Shown here piece by piece: positions 35,361 through 47,898 of a stretch of 64,000 nucleotides of DNA. Positions within the stretch are counted from its first letter, which is position 1; each line of letters begins with the position of its first letter. The translations under genes and the position numbers were made by a program. The stretch is from Takakia lepidozioides (taxonomy: Eukaryota; Plantae; Bryophyta), in contig CM060732.1 in the NCBI GenBank assembly GCA_030704615.1, positions 17,856,001 to 17,920,000 on the forward strand, in the 5' to 3' direction. A model generated the notes under the pieces. The model did no database searches. It saw only the letters and a program-made list of their open reading frames with translations, and was not told the origin of the DNA.

Positions 35361-36072
35361 CATAAGACGTTGTTTGCTGTAGCCTTCTGGCCATTGACCC
35401 CCCGCCCAGTTTGAGCGGGAACAAAAGGAACAGAACCTACCTCAGTCAGGGGTTGACGTTGGTAGTAAGACTTACCTTCATATAAAGATTTAATCTGGGT
35501 TTTCCAGATATCCTCTAGAAAACCCTTCACACAAGCATCAATCTGCTGGGTGTGATTTGCCCCAAAACTAGGCCTCAGGAGGGCCGCGGCTTTTGGCTCA
35601 GCCTCGAGAGTTTCAAAGTTGGTAAACAGGGGTACAGGCACAATTCCCTTGATTGAATTGAAGACAACGTCTCTTTGGTGAGAGAACCCCGGACAGTGTA
35701 TCAGAAAATGAATATTGTCTTCAGATCGCCCACACTACGGACAATTGCACTCTCCCTTTCCTCTCTGCTTCTGTTTGTTGTTCAAAGGTAGGCTTCCTGC
35801 CCTGAGTTTAAATTTCAGTCTAGTGCCGAGAGTGGGTAGACCCTTGAGGTCATCCAAGATGTCCACCCCCATGTCAAACTGGAAACTGGAAACAACTTCA
35901 GGGAAGTTCTCTGCCTAACTTCATTTTCATCAGACAATCTGATGGCAACAGACATGCCTTCAGACACTACAACCTCTAAGTCAGATATATCCAGCTGGGT
36001 CAATACTTGCGGATCCAGGTCCAGGTCCTTGAGAATCTTTTCTACTCTCTTCTGCCAGGACTTAGCCTGTTT
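35361..36072 (-). mobile_element. LINE ORF2 3' fragment, copy 4 (intronic), extending furthest 3'
   Basis: Homologous to copies 1-3; ends GRGVNGQKATANNVL*. Confidence 0.78.
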
Positions 36073-39000
36073 CACATTATAAACAACAATCAGCCAAGGC
36101 AAAGAGGGCAAAAAGGCTGGTGTATGAACTTACAAGCCGAGCCTCAACAGATGCCTTCCCACCACGTCCTGTTTTTGAAGGCTTCTTGATTGATGAATTT
36201 GCAACCTTCATGAGGGCACTTTTTGCGTTGAATCCTGATGTCTGCCAATACGATACCAGCCTGTCCCAATGAGCTTCCTTCAGATGCGCAGGCCTCCCCT
36301 TGCCTGCCTTGTACATTGCATGGATCTCGTGTCTTTGGGTTTTCAAGGCAATGCCAAGTGTCTTCCTCATGTGCTCATAGTCAAGACCACGTGGCGTGTA
36401 CGCAAATGTAGAGTTTAGAATCCTATATATTTCTTCAATGACAGATTCATCCTGCGCTGCAATATGCATTGACATGTCACACAAACGCCACATCTGGCCT
36501 TTGAGGGCTGCATGCCAGGTATTGCGTGCTGGTCCAATGGGCTCTCCAGCTTTGTCAACCAGAAGCACTTGAGGGGGGAGTCCATCTTCGTCTCGCGCAT
36601 CATGGTTTCGGATTGCCTCTGCCCTGGCACGCCTGTTCGCCCGCCTCAAAGCATTAGCTCACTCCTTCTTGGTCATAGGGGTCTCTTCCTTTGCCACCTC
36701 AAGTGGTGGGGCAGCTGGGGGTTGCCATGGGGAATGGGGGGCGGGACAGTATCGCCCACCATATGGCCCAAAAGGTTCGTATGGTGGACGTGTAGATGCC
36801 GGGTAAGCATGTGGGTCTAGGAGGTAAGGGGGAATAGGTGGAGGAGAATGGGCATATGGCTGCTGTGGGTAACCACCTGGAGGGGGCTTGTATTGGATGT
36901 GCGGGTTGTAAGGGCCCGCAACGCCATACTGATCGGGGGTGGGGTAGGCATGTGGGTAATGTGTGTACGGAGGGTACTGTGGAATAGGTCGTGGAGGTGG
37001 TCGTTCTGCGCTTGGGGACTTGTTTGTAGCAGGGTTGACTTGTTTGAACAACCCCCGCCCCGATGGACTGCCCACCACAGCTGCAGCGCCTTCGATGGAA
37101 GCTCGCCTCTTCCTGGCCTGCACAGAATAAAAACCAATTCAAACATTAAAGTCAATCAAAGCATTCAAATGAAATCATGGCAACTTAGAACAAATTAACG
37201 CCGTGCACCTGCCATTTTAAAGCTTCGATTGTACTCATCCTCCTATGAGCAGGTCTTCATCCCCTCAGACTCATCAGGTGCCCCACACTTCTGTTTACCC
37301 ATTCAGAAAAGTGGGGGCTGAGCCAAATCTACATGGCCAATTCCAAAGCCTACCTAGTGGGGAGACCTCAAAAACCATTGGCATGCTTGTATCAAAGCGT
37401 GCATATGTATCAACCTCTTAGTAAGAGCCTTTGACTTTAACCCAAACTACGTACACGATGAAGATATAGCAAAAGGGGTTGATTTCCTAACCCATTGTGG
37501 GGTTTCACTGCCTATATGCTCGGGCATCCCTTCCTTCCTACATCCCAATTTTTCTAGCAATGCCATCTCCCCAATGTGAAATTCCCAAAGTGAGAACTTT
37601 CCAAATGTGATTGCATTCAAAGTTGTGCCACGTCCACTGCCAGATTTTCTGTGGCTTCCACCTTTCAACCTCTTCTGTGTGGGAAGTGCATTTACATCCT
37701 GGAATGCTAAGAAAGTCTCAGACACGTTCTGTACATTTGCATGCTTCCTTCATGGGTATGCTGAGCATGTGAATGCATAGAAATGCTGAAGATGTGGCGT
37801 CATAGTGAGGAGGTGCTTACAGATGGTGATTTTGCCGGCGACGGGCGTTTCTGGGGAAGCGAGGGTGCAGGAGCTGGGTGGCGAAGAATATCTTCGCTAG
37901 AATCGCCAGTGTGCTCGCCCGCAGGGACACACAACAAATCCTCCTCCTCGTCTTCGTCTACATACTGTCGTGCCTCGTCGGCCATTGTTTCTAGCCTTCC
38001 ACAGCGTCTGGGTGGTCCCGTGGGTAGTGGAGGTCGACGGCAAGCACGCTTTGGTTTCGGAGCAAGAAGCCTGCAATCCTCGCCCCATGAAGAAATTAAC
38101 CAATCCCACTCTCTTCATGGTGCGCCATGATAGTGTGGAGACAGGCATCGCCTCACAACCATCATTCTGTGTACTTAGCAATGCAATCCCAACACTGGGA
38201 ATGTAGAAAAACTCGTAAACCCAAAAGACAAGGATGCGGGCAATTTCAGGCTAAACCGTAGACCTCTCACATTTTAAAAAAAAAACCCTAATGACAAGCC
38301 CCTGCAATGCGATGTCTGACAACCCCAAACTAAAGTATTCCGGTTGAGGTGGAATACCTTAAGCATCTAGCTCACAAAGCCATCTGGGTTGGAACATAAC
38401 AGGGGCCTTATACCAACATAGGTACCCGAGTAGCTGCAGCAAACAGTTCCTTGCAGCCTCTCAATTTGTTTCCAACTACCATAAGGTAAGCAAAGCAAAC
38501 TAGGGCCTAGAAAACAGATGTGTGTCTCTCACACAAGCCATCATAAACCAGGCTGTCACCACATAACAGAGGTTTTCCACTGGCTGGGCCGAAATAGCCC
38601 ATCGTAGAAAGCATTACACTTGTTCTTGAAAAATCAAGGAAGGAAAGAGGTAGGATCAAGAAAAACCATAGAGTAGTTTAGTTTTTCAGCATTTTAAGAT
38701 GAGTCCCTGGCAAGCGATTCCTTCCCCGGCTCTGCAATCCCACTTGGCATCCAGCAGCACCTCACATTCCCTTGACGCCTTGTATGATTTCACGTCTTGG
38801 GGTGATTACAAATGGTATGGAATCTATTTTATCATGCCCAAATGGATTGCTTGGAGGCATGTCCTGATTCTGAAATATTGCAGGTTGGTCCTTATGCTTT
38901 GCTTGATGCATGACCCTATGCTGATAAGGTAAGGTGCTGCAATCAGTGATTCTGACCTTGTCATGACACCAGGCTCGTGACCTGCAATTTAATGATTCAT

Positions 39001-40979
39001 TGGCTAAGATGGCTGGATCTCGGGTGTTCAAGATGCTTGTATCCCCTACATGAACAAACCCCGCCCTCCCACCCTGTTTTATCATGACTGATTGGGTGAT
39101 GTCAATTCATGGGAAGCTATGACAAAAATGGAAATGTTAGATGGTGCCTTGTTTTGGGCTGTTTATGTCTTAAATTGACAATGACCACCTCCGCCATCAC
39201 TGTCGCGGTTCCCTTGTGCAGCAAAATTCCCTCAACTCTAAGCCACCACCATCGCCTTAAAGAGCCCGCCTAGGCGGTGTTCACATGAGCCATAAACACT
39301 CAAGGATTGGCAGCTCAAGGTATCTGCAGCACGAGCACCATCGCTCCTCCCAAGCCGCCATCGCGCGCGCTCTCACAGCGCAAAAAGAAAGACATTAGGG
39401 TTGCGCAGGGTTTTCCCCTATCTGGCCCGTCATTCATCCTTCTTAGGATGAAAAACATCCGCCAGCCTGTACGCCCAATGGACGTTGTCCGTTTCTCATT
39501 CGCGGAAGATGAAAGACATCGTGTGTTCATCCCGTCTTGAACTCCATGGATGCAGTCCGTATTTCATCTAGGTTAGATGAAAAACATCGGGGGTTTATAC
39601 CTGTCTTGCCTCGTATTTAGGTCCTGTTAGATGAGTCATTTTTTCATCCAGGTTGGATTGACTGACGGGAGTTTTGCACCTCACAGGTATTTAGTGAAGA
39701 AATGTTTCACTAGGGAAAGATTTGTATTTTGGATGAAAAAACATCCAAAATTCCCTGCAACCCAATTTTTCAATTTTCTCAATTTTCTCAAAGATGGAAG
39801 TCGGGACGACAATTCCATAAACCCAGTTTCCAGAGGGAGAGAGAGGGAGATATCATGAAACCAAAAATAAATAAAATGGGGGAGGGGGGGGGGGGGGGGT
39901 TGACCGAGCCCGTGGTGCCCAGCAGCTGCTGGTGGTGCCCCCCCCCCCCCCCCCACCTTTTTCTTTTCTCTTTGTTGCCCCCTCTCGAGACCCCGAGCAC
40001 TTGCTGCTCTCAACCCCCGACATGCTTGGTTTTTTTTGTTTTTGATCTGGAATGTAGAGGTTGTTTCCTAATGAGGCCAACTTGTGGGTTTGCATGACAG
40101 GTGCCAGCTTATGGGGAAAGAGAAGAAGTCCCCTGCCCCAAAGAAAGGGGCGGACAATCCGTTTGCTCTACCGGCACATGTGACGCGCCAAGGCGTCTCA
40201 CGGTTAACCAACCTCGTCGACAGCCGCAGCCGGAGGGCTCGTCTGCCCCCCGAGGCCAGTACCCCCCTCTTGTCCACATCTTGGATGCGCCAGGGGCCGA
40301 CTCAGCCAGCTCTCCTATTCGGGAGGTTGTTGCTGTCAGTTGAGCACACCCCCGGCCACCAAGACGGGTGAAATGTACCTTGGCAAGCACATCACCATTC
40401 GGGGGCCCGGTATGGGCAACTTTTGGATGTCACCCCCATAGCGACCCCTTCCTCCGCAGCAAAGGCTGCACTTGCCAAGGCCCAATGTCAGGTTCAAGGG
40501 CCTTTGAAAGCCTCCATTGCTAGCCCAATGTTGTCGATGAGGGAGGAGGAGACGAGGAGGGCCAATGAAGTGGCCGAGATAGCGAAGCGCCTCGAAGAAG
40601 TTAAGCGGGTGAGGGCTTCTACCCTAATACGCATTTGGGGGGGGGGAGGAGGAGGAGGAGGTATGGGCCGGTTTGGAGCGGCCTAGCCAATCAGCGACGC
40701 CGCCCCTTGAGCCTGAGCGGTCAGCAAAGAAAGGCTTGGACTACGGGGCGCCGCCGCCGGCTATGCTCCACATCTAGAATCTACTTCTAGTGGCGCTCCG
40801 GGAGGGGATAGCGCAGGCACATCCGGCAACGGGGACTCCTGCCACCGGGGGTGAGTCGGACAAGCTTGCAAAGGTACAACTGTCACACCTTGTTCCATGT
40901 TTTATCCTTTCCTTTGCATGCATGATTTTCTTTGTTGTTTGTTTCTTTTTTTGAATTTGGAGGGGTTATTTGTCTTCAG

Positions 40980-41575
40980 GAGGCAGCAACATGGTTGGCC
41001 TCATTGGTGCAGTCCGAATGAGGGAGAGCACGTGGTGTTCATGAAGGACCCAAACACCAAAGGTAAGAAGAAGAGGCCTCGACCTCCCGAGATCCCTTTT
41101 ACCATCAATGAAGGGGCTGCCGAGGAGAGAGAGAGAAAGGAGAGGGAGAAGGAGAGAGAGGAAGTAGCGGGGAAGGGGAAGCATATGGTTGTGGAGAAGG
41201 GGAAGGAAAAGAAGAAGAAGAAGAAGAAGAAGTCCCATGGAGAGGAAGGGGTGAGTGTGCATGCGGGGGAGGGCAGTGGGGTAACAAAGGAGCAGGTGAA
41301 AGAGGCTACAAAGAAGGGAGAGGGTGGGAAGAAGAACATGGCCTTGGCGATACAGGACGTGGAGTTGGCAAAGATTGTGGTGCCACCGGTGGAGGTGAAT
41401 CGCCATGGTGACCCCTGCGGTGCGTTCTGGGAGGCTATGAAGAAGCCAAACTTCGAACTCGCAATGAGGTGGTTCCCTTTGCACATCGAGTGGGCTGATC
41501 AGCACTTTGGCGCGAAGCGGGCGTATGCCCATGAGTTAGACCGCCGGTTTCCAAGCAATTGGAGTGACACAAGGG
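40980..41575 (+). pseudogene. Fragment of a second, divergent CACTA TnpA-like gene
   Basis: A K/E-rich stretch then VEVNRHGDPCGAFW...ELDRRF, which parallels LVDKAGEPIGPARNTW...ILNSTF in the 36.6-kb exon. Acceptor at about 40979. Confidence 0.5.
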
Positions 41576-42199
41576 TGATGTTGTTGCTTCGCGTGCCCGG
41601 TCAAATTTGGCCTTGTTTGCGGCATCATTCTCTCCCGCAATGAGTGCATCCCACGATACCTATGCCCCCGCCCCCCCCCCCCCCCCCCCCCCCGATAATT
41701 AGTGAATTACACACATACGTTGCATCGAATCCACCTCATTAATGCACATGCGACAAATGGAAGGTGAAATGATTCAGGATTTGCCAACCTGTGTAATTCC
41801 ATAAGGTGGTTTGGGTATGGCCCCCTTTTCCATTGCCCTCCGAATGATCTGTCTGGCACGGTACCTCCTGTCCTTCAAGTTTCGCCCCACCACCATCATT
41901 TGGCGGAGTCATAAAAACTGCACTAGGTAGACGACTACAGAGCGCTGAAATGCGTTGCAGTCATACTTTTACGACTCTGTAGTAATGGATATCACTACAT
42001 GACTTCGGAAACTTAGGGAGCATTGGTCAAACATTGTTGACCATGATGACAAGGATGGTTTATATGACTAGTGTGATACGTGTTTGACTACACGTGGACG
42101 ACGTTTCATGGAATCTGATGACTCCATTACTGAAGATGGTTTCACAGCTCTATTTATACGACTACATCACTACACATGTCATTTTGAAGGCACATATAA

Positions 42200-43450
42200 T
42201 GCTAATAAGGTTGCCCATTAGGTTTTAAAAAGTTAAAAAGTTGCTAATAAGGTTGTCCATTAGGTTTTAAAAAGTTAAAAAATTGCTAATAAGGTTGTCC
42301 ATTAGGGTAATCGTGAACAGAGAGGAGGGCTGGGACTTTGCATTTTTTGATCTCCTGCGCCACACCACCTAGCCGAGGGATGGAACGTGATGATAGCAGG
42401 ATATGCAGGGGGCGTGGGATGGAGGCGTTGAGCAAATGATGCAGGAAGGAGAAGAGGAGGAGGAGTCGAGATGAGGAGAAGCTCGCCGTTCTTGGGAGAG
42501 TCAGCTTGGTCTTAGCAGACGTGTTTCAATCTCTACCTACTAAGCTGCACCGTAGTGGTTCGATCTCATAGACCAATCCGACATTACCTGACTACAGACA
42601 CAAGCAGCACACACAAGAGGTCCTTTAGGTCAGGACACGAGGTCAAGGACAATGTGGTGAGGGCACCTTCTTCTTCAACCTATTTCAGCATGTGTTGCCC
42701 TCTCATCAGACTCGGCCGCAAGATGCATATTGAATTCTGTAAGTTAGGTCGTTGGGTAGATCTGTGGTGGTTTGGAGTGACTTTGGCAAGTTACTGCCAG
42801 TCTTGCAGCAGGGAAGTATCCAAAAACATATAATAGAGGTGAGGAGAAGCTTTGGGGTGAACACTTTCCGACCCCAGTCAATGGTGGGACAATGGGGACA
42901 ATGGAGACAAAAAGCTGAATGCCTGTTGGATTACAGAGAGAAGTAGATGCATTTCAGATTGTGATAAGTAGGGTTGGGGTGTTTTGGGGAAGAACTCCAC
43001 ACCAGTATGGTTGGGGTGTTTGCTGGTAGAATTCTAGGCTGTCAGAGGCATGAAGGAGCAGGGATAGAGTGTGGGGCCAGATTCATCCAAGAGGGCTGGA
43101 TTTCAAGCTCCACATTACCTATGATTCCCTGTGGAAGGATAGCTACAAGAAACCTACATGGGTAGATGGTCAACTAGAAGCGGCAGTAGCAGCGGCACAA
43201 TTGATAAAGTCGGGCACTTCTACTGAAGGCACCTCCTTCAACACATTTCACCCTGTTTTTTCCTCTTATCAGAATCGGCCCTACATTTCCATGTTGAATT
43301 CTGCAAGTTAGCTGGTTGAGTGAATCTAGTTTGGAGTGAGTTTGACATGATACTGCCAATGTGACAACAAGAAAGGATGTAATAGAGATGAGGAGAAGCT
43401 GTGGAATGGATACTTTTGTGACATGAATGTTATACCTGGCAAGCAAGGCC
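42200..43450 (+). pseudogene. PPR fragment plus PDF-motif exons (transposon cargo)
   Basis: WNVMIAGYA at about 42380; DPSQWWDN at about 42870; IHPRGLDFKLHITYDSLWKDSYKKPTWVDGQL at 43081-43176. Confidence 0.7.
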
Positions 43451-44422
43451 TTGGCTTCATCCACAATTGCAATGGATCCTATTAGTTGATTGAGGAAGAG
43501 GTGAACCACTTATCAGTAGATAAAATGCATAAATGCCTATATAACCTGATGCACATTTAAACCTAGCACGCAAGGACTGACGTTCATCTTCCTTTGATCT
43601 CAGGAAAAATTTCTATAAGATAGACCACTCTTCTGACAACAATCCGTTCACTTAAACAAGATGTTACCCTCCCCATCATGAAGTATCTTGTCATTTCTTT
43701 CTGGTGTCCCTTGGGCCCCCTTGTCCTTCCGTGAATGTAATTTCTTTTCCTTCCTTCCATTTTGTCCCATAAGCACTTTGACCTTTCCGCGGACGTTATA
43801 AAGCACCATTTCATTTCATTTCATTTCATTCTTTCTTTCTTCCCTCTCAGTTTCTCTTGTTGTTCTGCTGTGGTTCATAGGCTCTCTTCAGGGCTCGGAT
43901 GGATGCACCTTTCTGAAACTTAGAAATCAGCTACTTATTTCTATTTTCTTCTTCCCTCTCTTCCCTTGCTCAGGCAGTCTGATTGGCAGTGTAATCACAA
44001 GTTACATCTCAGTCAGAGTGGGGCAGGAATCAATTTTCTAGCATGATGTCTATTTTAACCCTTTAAGTACACTCACGTCCTTGTAATGGATTGTCATTAG
44101 CTTTGCACAAAATCCCCAAAACTCCTCGTCCCAGAAGCTCTTTGAGATTTCCGTGGACATTATAGAGTACTATCTGATTTCTCCCTTCCTCCCGTGGATG
44201 TAAGATTCTTTCTTTCCCTTTTTATGACTCCAAATGTCTCCTTCTATAACACTTTTCAGCTTTCATCTTCCCTAGTATACCGAGTTTCACCTTGTTTGAA
44301 TTTGAGAGATTCAGATTTGAATTAACGTTTTTATGTTTTTCTTTCCATTTTGTCCCATAAGCTCTATGAGCTTTCCGTGGACGTTATAAAGCACCAATTC
44401 ATTTCCCTGCGTGATCATATAG

Positions 44423-44857
44423 GTAGTAGCTGACAAGGTGCCAAATTTGCTGGACTTCCACAAAGACCTGCCACACTTGGAAGCTGCAACTAAGGTGGTC
44501 TCCTTCCACCCAACTTCTTACCCATGTGTAGTTTGACAAACGTTCCCCAAAATTTCAAATATCTTTCAAGCTATGTTTGTGTTTTTGGTGCTTCTGACCT
44601 CTCCATCTCTAGTCTATCAACAAGGTTGCGAACGGGAGAAGTGAATGATAGATAGGCATTGTGAGTAATGTACATAGCCATGCCTGCATTGGGGAAAGTA
44701 GATCAAACCTAACTGGTGAGTGTTAGTTAGTTTGTTGCAGATCTAGCTGAAGCTGTTAACTGAAGATATGCAAGCTGTAAGCAATGGCTTGGAGAAGGTG
44801 AAGCAGGAACTCGCTGTCTGTGAGAATGACGGACCTGTCTCTGCTGATTTTTGCAAG
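44423..44857 (+). pseudogene. Two captured exons of a class II formin FH2 domain (44423-44494 and 44741-44857)
   Basis: VVADKVPNLLDFHKDLPHLEAATK | I*LKLLTEDMQAVSNGLEKVKQELAVCENDGPVSADFCK, with AG/GT borders. Matches the plant class II formin motif LLDF.KDL..LEAA.KIQLK.LAEEMQA..KGLEKV.QEL..SENDGPVS; one premature stop. Confidence 0.85.
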
Positions 44858-45239
44858 GTTGAACAGGACATACCTCTCTGCTTAGCTATTGAAGAGAAAG
44901 TTATTGAGTTCACATTGAATGGAATGTTAGGAATTTGTTGTGCATGCTTCTGTCCACTAAAGTTATGGGTCTCTATCATCCATAGTTCTGGATGAGATAA
45001 TAGCAGTAATTTGTTGTACTTTGACTCAGTCTTTCTGGCTTGATGGGGTTTTACTAAGCACCAACTAGCACCTCTGGATATTTATCCCTGGTAGTTCAAT
45101 ACTATGGTTGAAAGAACCTAGTTTTAGATGAGAGAGGGTGATGCTCACTCGTGTCTCCTCTTCATGTAGATAGTCACTTCTCTGAGCTGCACAACAACAC
45201 CAAGTATAACCTTGTGATGCTGCTTTTGTACAAGCCTGG

Positions 45240-46245
45240 CAGCCCTGGAAAAGGGCAAAGAGGTGCATGGTGACTGGAATTGTACCAAATGTCATTCTGA
45301 ACACAACCCTGGCAGCTCTGGAAAAGGGCTTGCAAAGAGGTCCATGGTGACATCGTCAGGGCTGGAATTGTACCAAATGTCATTTTGAACAATACCCTGG
45401 TGGGCATGTATGCAAAATGTGGGTGCATCGAGGAGTGTTCGACACTATGGCTGAACAAGATGTGGTGTCGTGGAGTGCGATGATTGCAGGACATGCACAG
45501 CAAGGGCGCGGGATGGAGGCTTTGGAGACCTATGAGCAAATGATGTGCGAAGGGGTGAAGCCCAACCACATCACGTTTGTGGAGCTAGTGTGATAAGGTG
45601 ATAATGTGAGTTGGGTGTTTCCTAGAACAAATCTAGGCTGTTATTTGTCGGCTGCTAGCAGCACGACAAGGATGTATGCATGATTTGTGCAGAGGCGTGG
45701 ATAGCATGGAAGCAGCTGCACTGTCACATTATCCAAAGTGGATTCATGCCAAATGTTTTTCTACTCAGCACCCATGTCAAACATGTATGTTAAGTGCAGG
45801 AGCATCATGCATGCATGCTCACGAAGTTTTCAACAGAATGCCTCAATGATCTTTGATCACGTGGAATATAATGTTGGCAGGATTTACTGAGCATATTGGG
45901 TGTGGTAGGAATGCTTTGGAGACCTATGAGCAAATGCTGCACGAAGGGGTGAACCCCAACCACATCACGTTTGTTTGTGTTTGCAATGCGTGTGCATGCC
46001 TGGGAGCTCTAGAAAATGGGAAAGAGGTCCATGGTGACATTGTCAAAGCTGGAAATGTACCAGATGTCATTTTGAACACTGCCCTGGTGGACATGTATGC
46101 CAAATGTGGGTGCATTAAGGATGCAAAGGGAGTTTTCAATACTATGGATGAACGAGATGTTGTGTCATGGAACGCGATACTTGCAGGGTATGCAGAGCAG
46201 GGACATGGTATGGAGGCTTTGGAGACCTATGATCTCCTTCAATAG
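45240..46245 (+). pseudogene. PLS-class PPR fragments
   Basis: TWNIMLAGF...ALETYEQMLHEGVNPNHITFVCVCNACACLGALENGKEVH...TALVDMYAKCGCIKDAKGVFNTMDERDVVSWNAILAGYAEQGHG; frameshifted upstream. Confidence 0.9.
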
Positions 46246-46950
46246 CACAGCGGCTACAAGTGGGTAGATGGTCAACTGGAAACAGCAGCGGCAACAGCAC
46301 ATTTCTTAGAACAAGGCGCTGCTACTGAAGGTACCTTCTTCAACATATTTCACCCTGTTTTCCCTTGCTATCAGAGTCATCCCTAAATTTTTATGTTGAA
46401 TTCTGCAAGTTAGCTCGTTGGTGGATCTATGGTGGGGAGTGATTTTGACATGTTACTGCCAATGTGGTCGACAGGAAAGTATCGAAGAATAGATAACATA
46501 GACTCGAGGAGAAGCTCTGGAATGAATACGTTCCCGACCTCAGTCAATGGTGGAACAATCGAGGCAAAAGGTAAATGCCTGTTGGAAGCAGACGCATAGG
46601 AACTAGTGTGATAACTAGGGTTGGGGTGTTTGCTCAAGCAATTCTAGGTTGTCATTGTCAGCTGCTAGCAGCAAGGCGAGGATGTATGCATGATTTGTGC
46701 AGGGGCATGGATAGCTGAAGGAGCAAGGATAGAGTGTGGGTCCAGATTCATCCAGGAGGGCCGGATTTTAAGCTCCAGATTACCTATGATTCCCTGTGGA
46801 AGGATAGGTACAATAAACCTGCATGGGTAGATGGTCAACTGGAAGCCGCCGCAGGCAGCGGCACAATTGATCAAATCAGGCATTGTTAATCAAGGCACCT
46901 TCTTCAACACATTTCACCCTGTTTTTTCCTCTTATCAGAATTGGCCGTAT
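46246..46950 (+). pseudogene. OSB-type PDF-motif exons
   Basis: EKLWNEYVPDLSQWWNNRGK|gt ... ag|IHPGGPDFKLQITYDSLWKDRYNKPAWVDGQL. Confidence 0.75.
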
Positions 46951-47429
46951 CCAGAAGTATTGCTCTGTTTAAGAGGGTCATTGATTCAGCTAGTAGCACC
47001 AGAACAAACTAGTACTACAACAATTCAGCCTTGGTGTGGGCTTGCTTATTTTTTGCTTACTGGGCCTTTTCATGCATGAATTTTTGGACCTTGTGGCCTT
47101 TGAGGTGTCCATTGGGACATTGGTCTCATTTGGATTTTGTAATATAATTTACAGGGCGTGTATTCTCCTGTACTGGTCTATTTTGATTGTCTTGTGGTTG
47201 CTAGTATGCACGAGGGGCATTCTGTTTTTATATTGGAATTTCACCATCTAATGAAGAATTTAAATCATTTAATCTATTTTTATTTTATGTAATATTATTA
47301 AATTAAACAATACTACCATTTCATAAAATTTTCCAAGCTATTATTCATTTTTTTTAAAAATAAAATATAAGTTTAAGAATTTAAAATTACAAATATAAAC
47401 TATTAAATTATTTTCAAAGAACATTCTTG

Positions 47430-47898
47430 ATGATACGTGGCATAAACCCTGCTCAAACTAGAACATGTGACATTATATGACACGACATTCTTTTATCCAT
47501 ATTTTCACCATGTGTAAAGATAAGTAGTCATATATGCTAGTCATATATTCTGTCTAAGTGCCACATGTCACATCTGAAGTGCAACAGGTGTCGTGACGTG
47601 TCGCCTGCGTAGTGGTGCACGTGTTCTTCTAAAGCCTCTCCATGTAGGCAACGCTCAGCAGACAATGTAGTCATATAGTTAGTCATATGTAAGTCATAGA
47701 GTTATGACTACATCTCTCTCTTATGTATGACTCCAGGTGCCACGCACGCAGTCACGACTATGACTTGCAAAACACAATCCTAAAGACTAGTCGCTATGAC
47801 AAGGCTTTTTTCACTACAGAGTGATGTAGTCATGAACGCATATAGGACTGAAAAAATAGTCAGATGTGCAGTCATAAAAATGCTCATCTGTTGTAGTG
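47430..47898. mobile_element. CACTA terminus (reverse complement CACTACAACAGATG) with GTCAT/ATGAC subterminal repeats
   Basis: CTGTTGTAGTG ending at 47898. Confidence 0.8.

Larger units (their letters stand above)
18394..37985 (-). pseudogene. Spliced CACTA TnpA/Ptta-like gene with an internal FCP1/NIF-like HAD domain, interrupted by gypsy and LINE insertions
   Basis: Approximate exons: 37985-37821; 37118-36134 (Transposase_24-like RPAHLKEAHWDRLVSYW...KSALMKVANSSIKKPSKTGRGG); 33668-33101 plus 19787-19170 (NIF); 18917-18825; about 18770-18394 (Transposase_23/DUF8039-like). Splice phases are not fully resolved; frameshifts at about 36655 and 19350. Confidence 0.7.

Noticed and set aside
41880-42190. 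Left CACTA terminus of the PPR-carrying element
   Set aside because: Subterminal-like GACTAC/GTCAT motifs are present, but the CACTA words here (41921, 41993, 42168) lack the CACTACAACA TIR and a matching TSD.
17174-47898. One intact CACTA element
   Set aside because: The TIR cores match but the flanks (ATG versus GAT) are not a 3-bp TSD, and no TnpD catalytic domain is seen inside.
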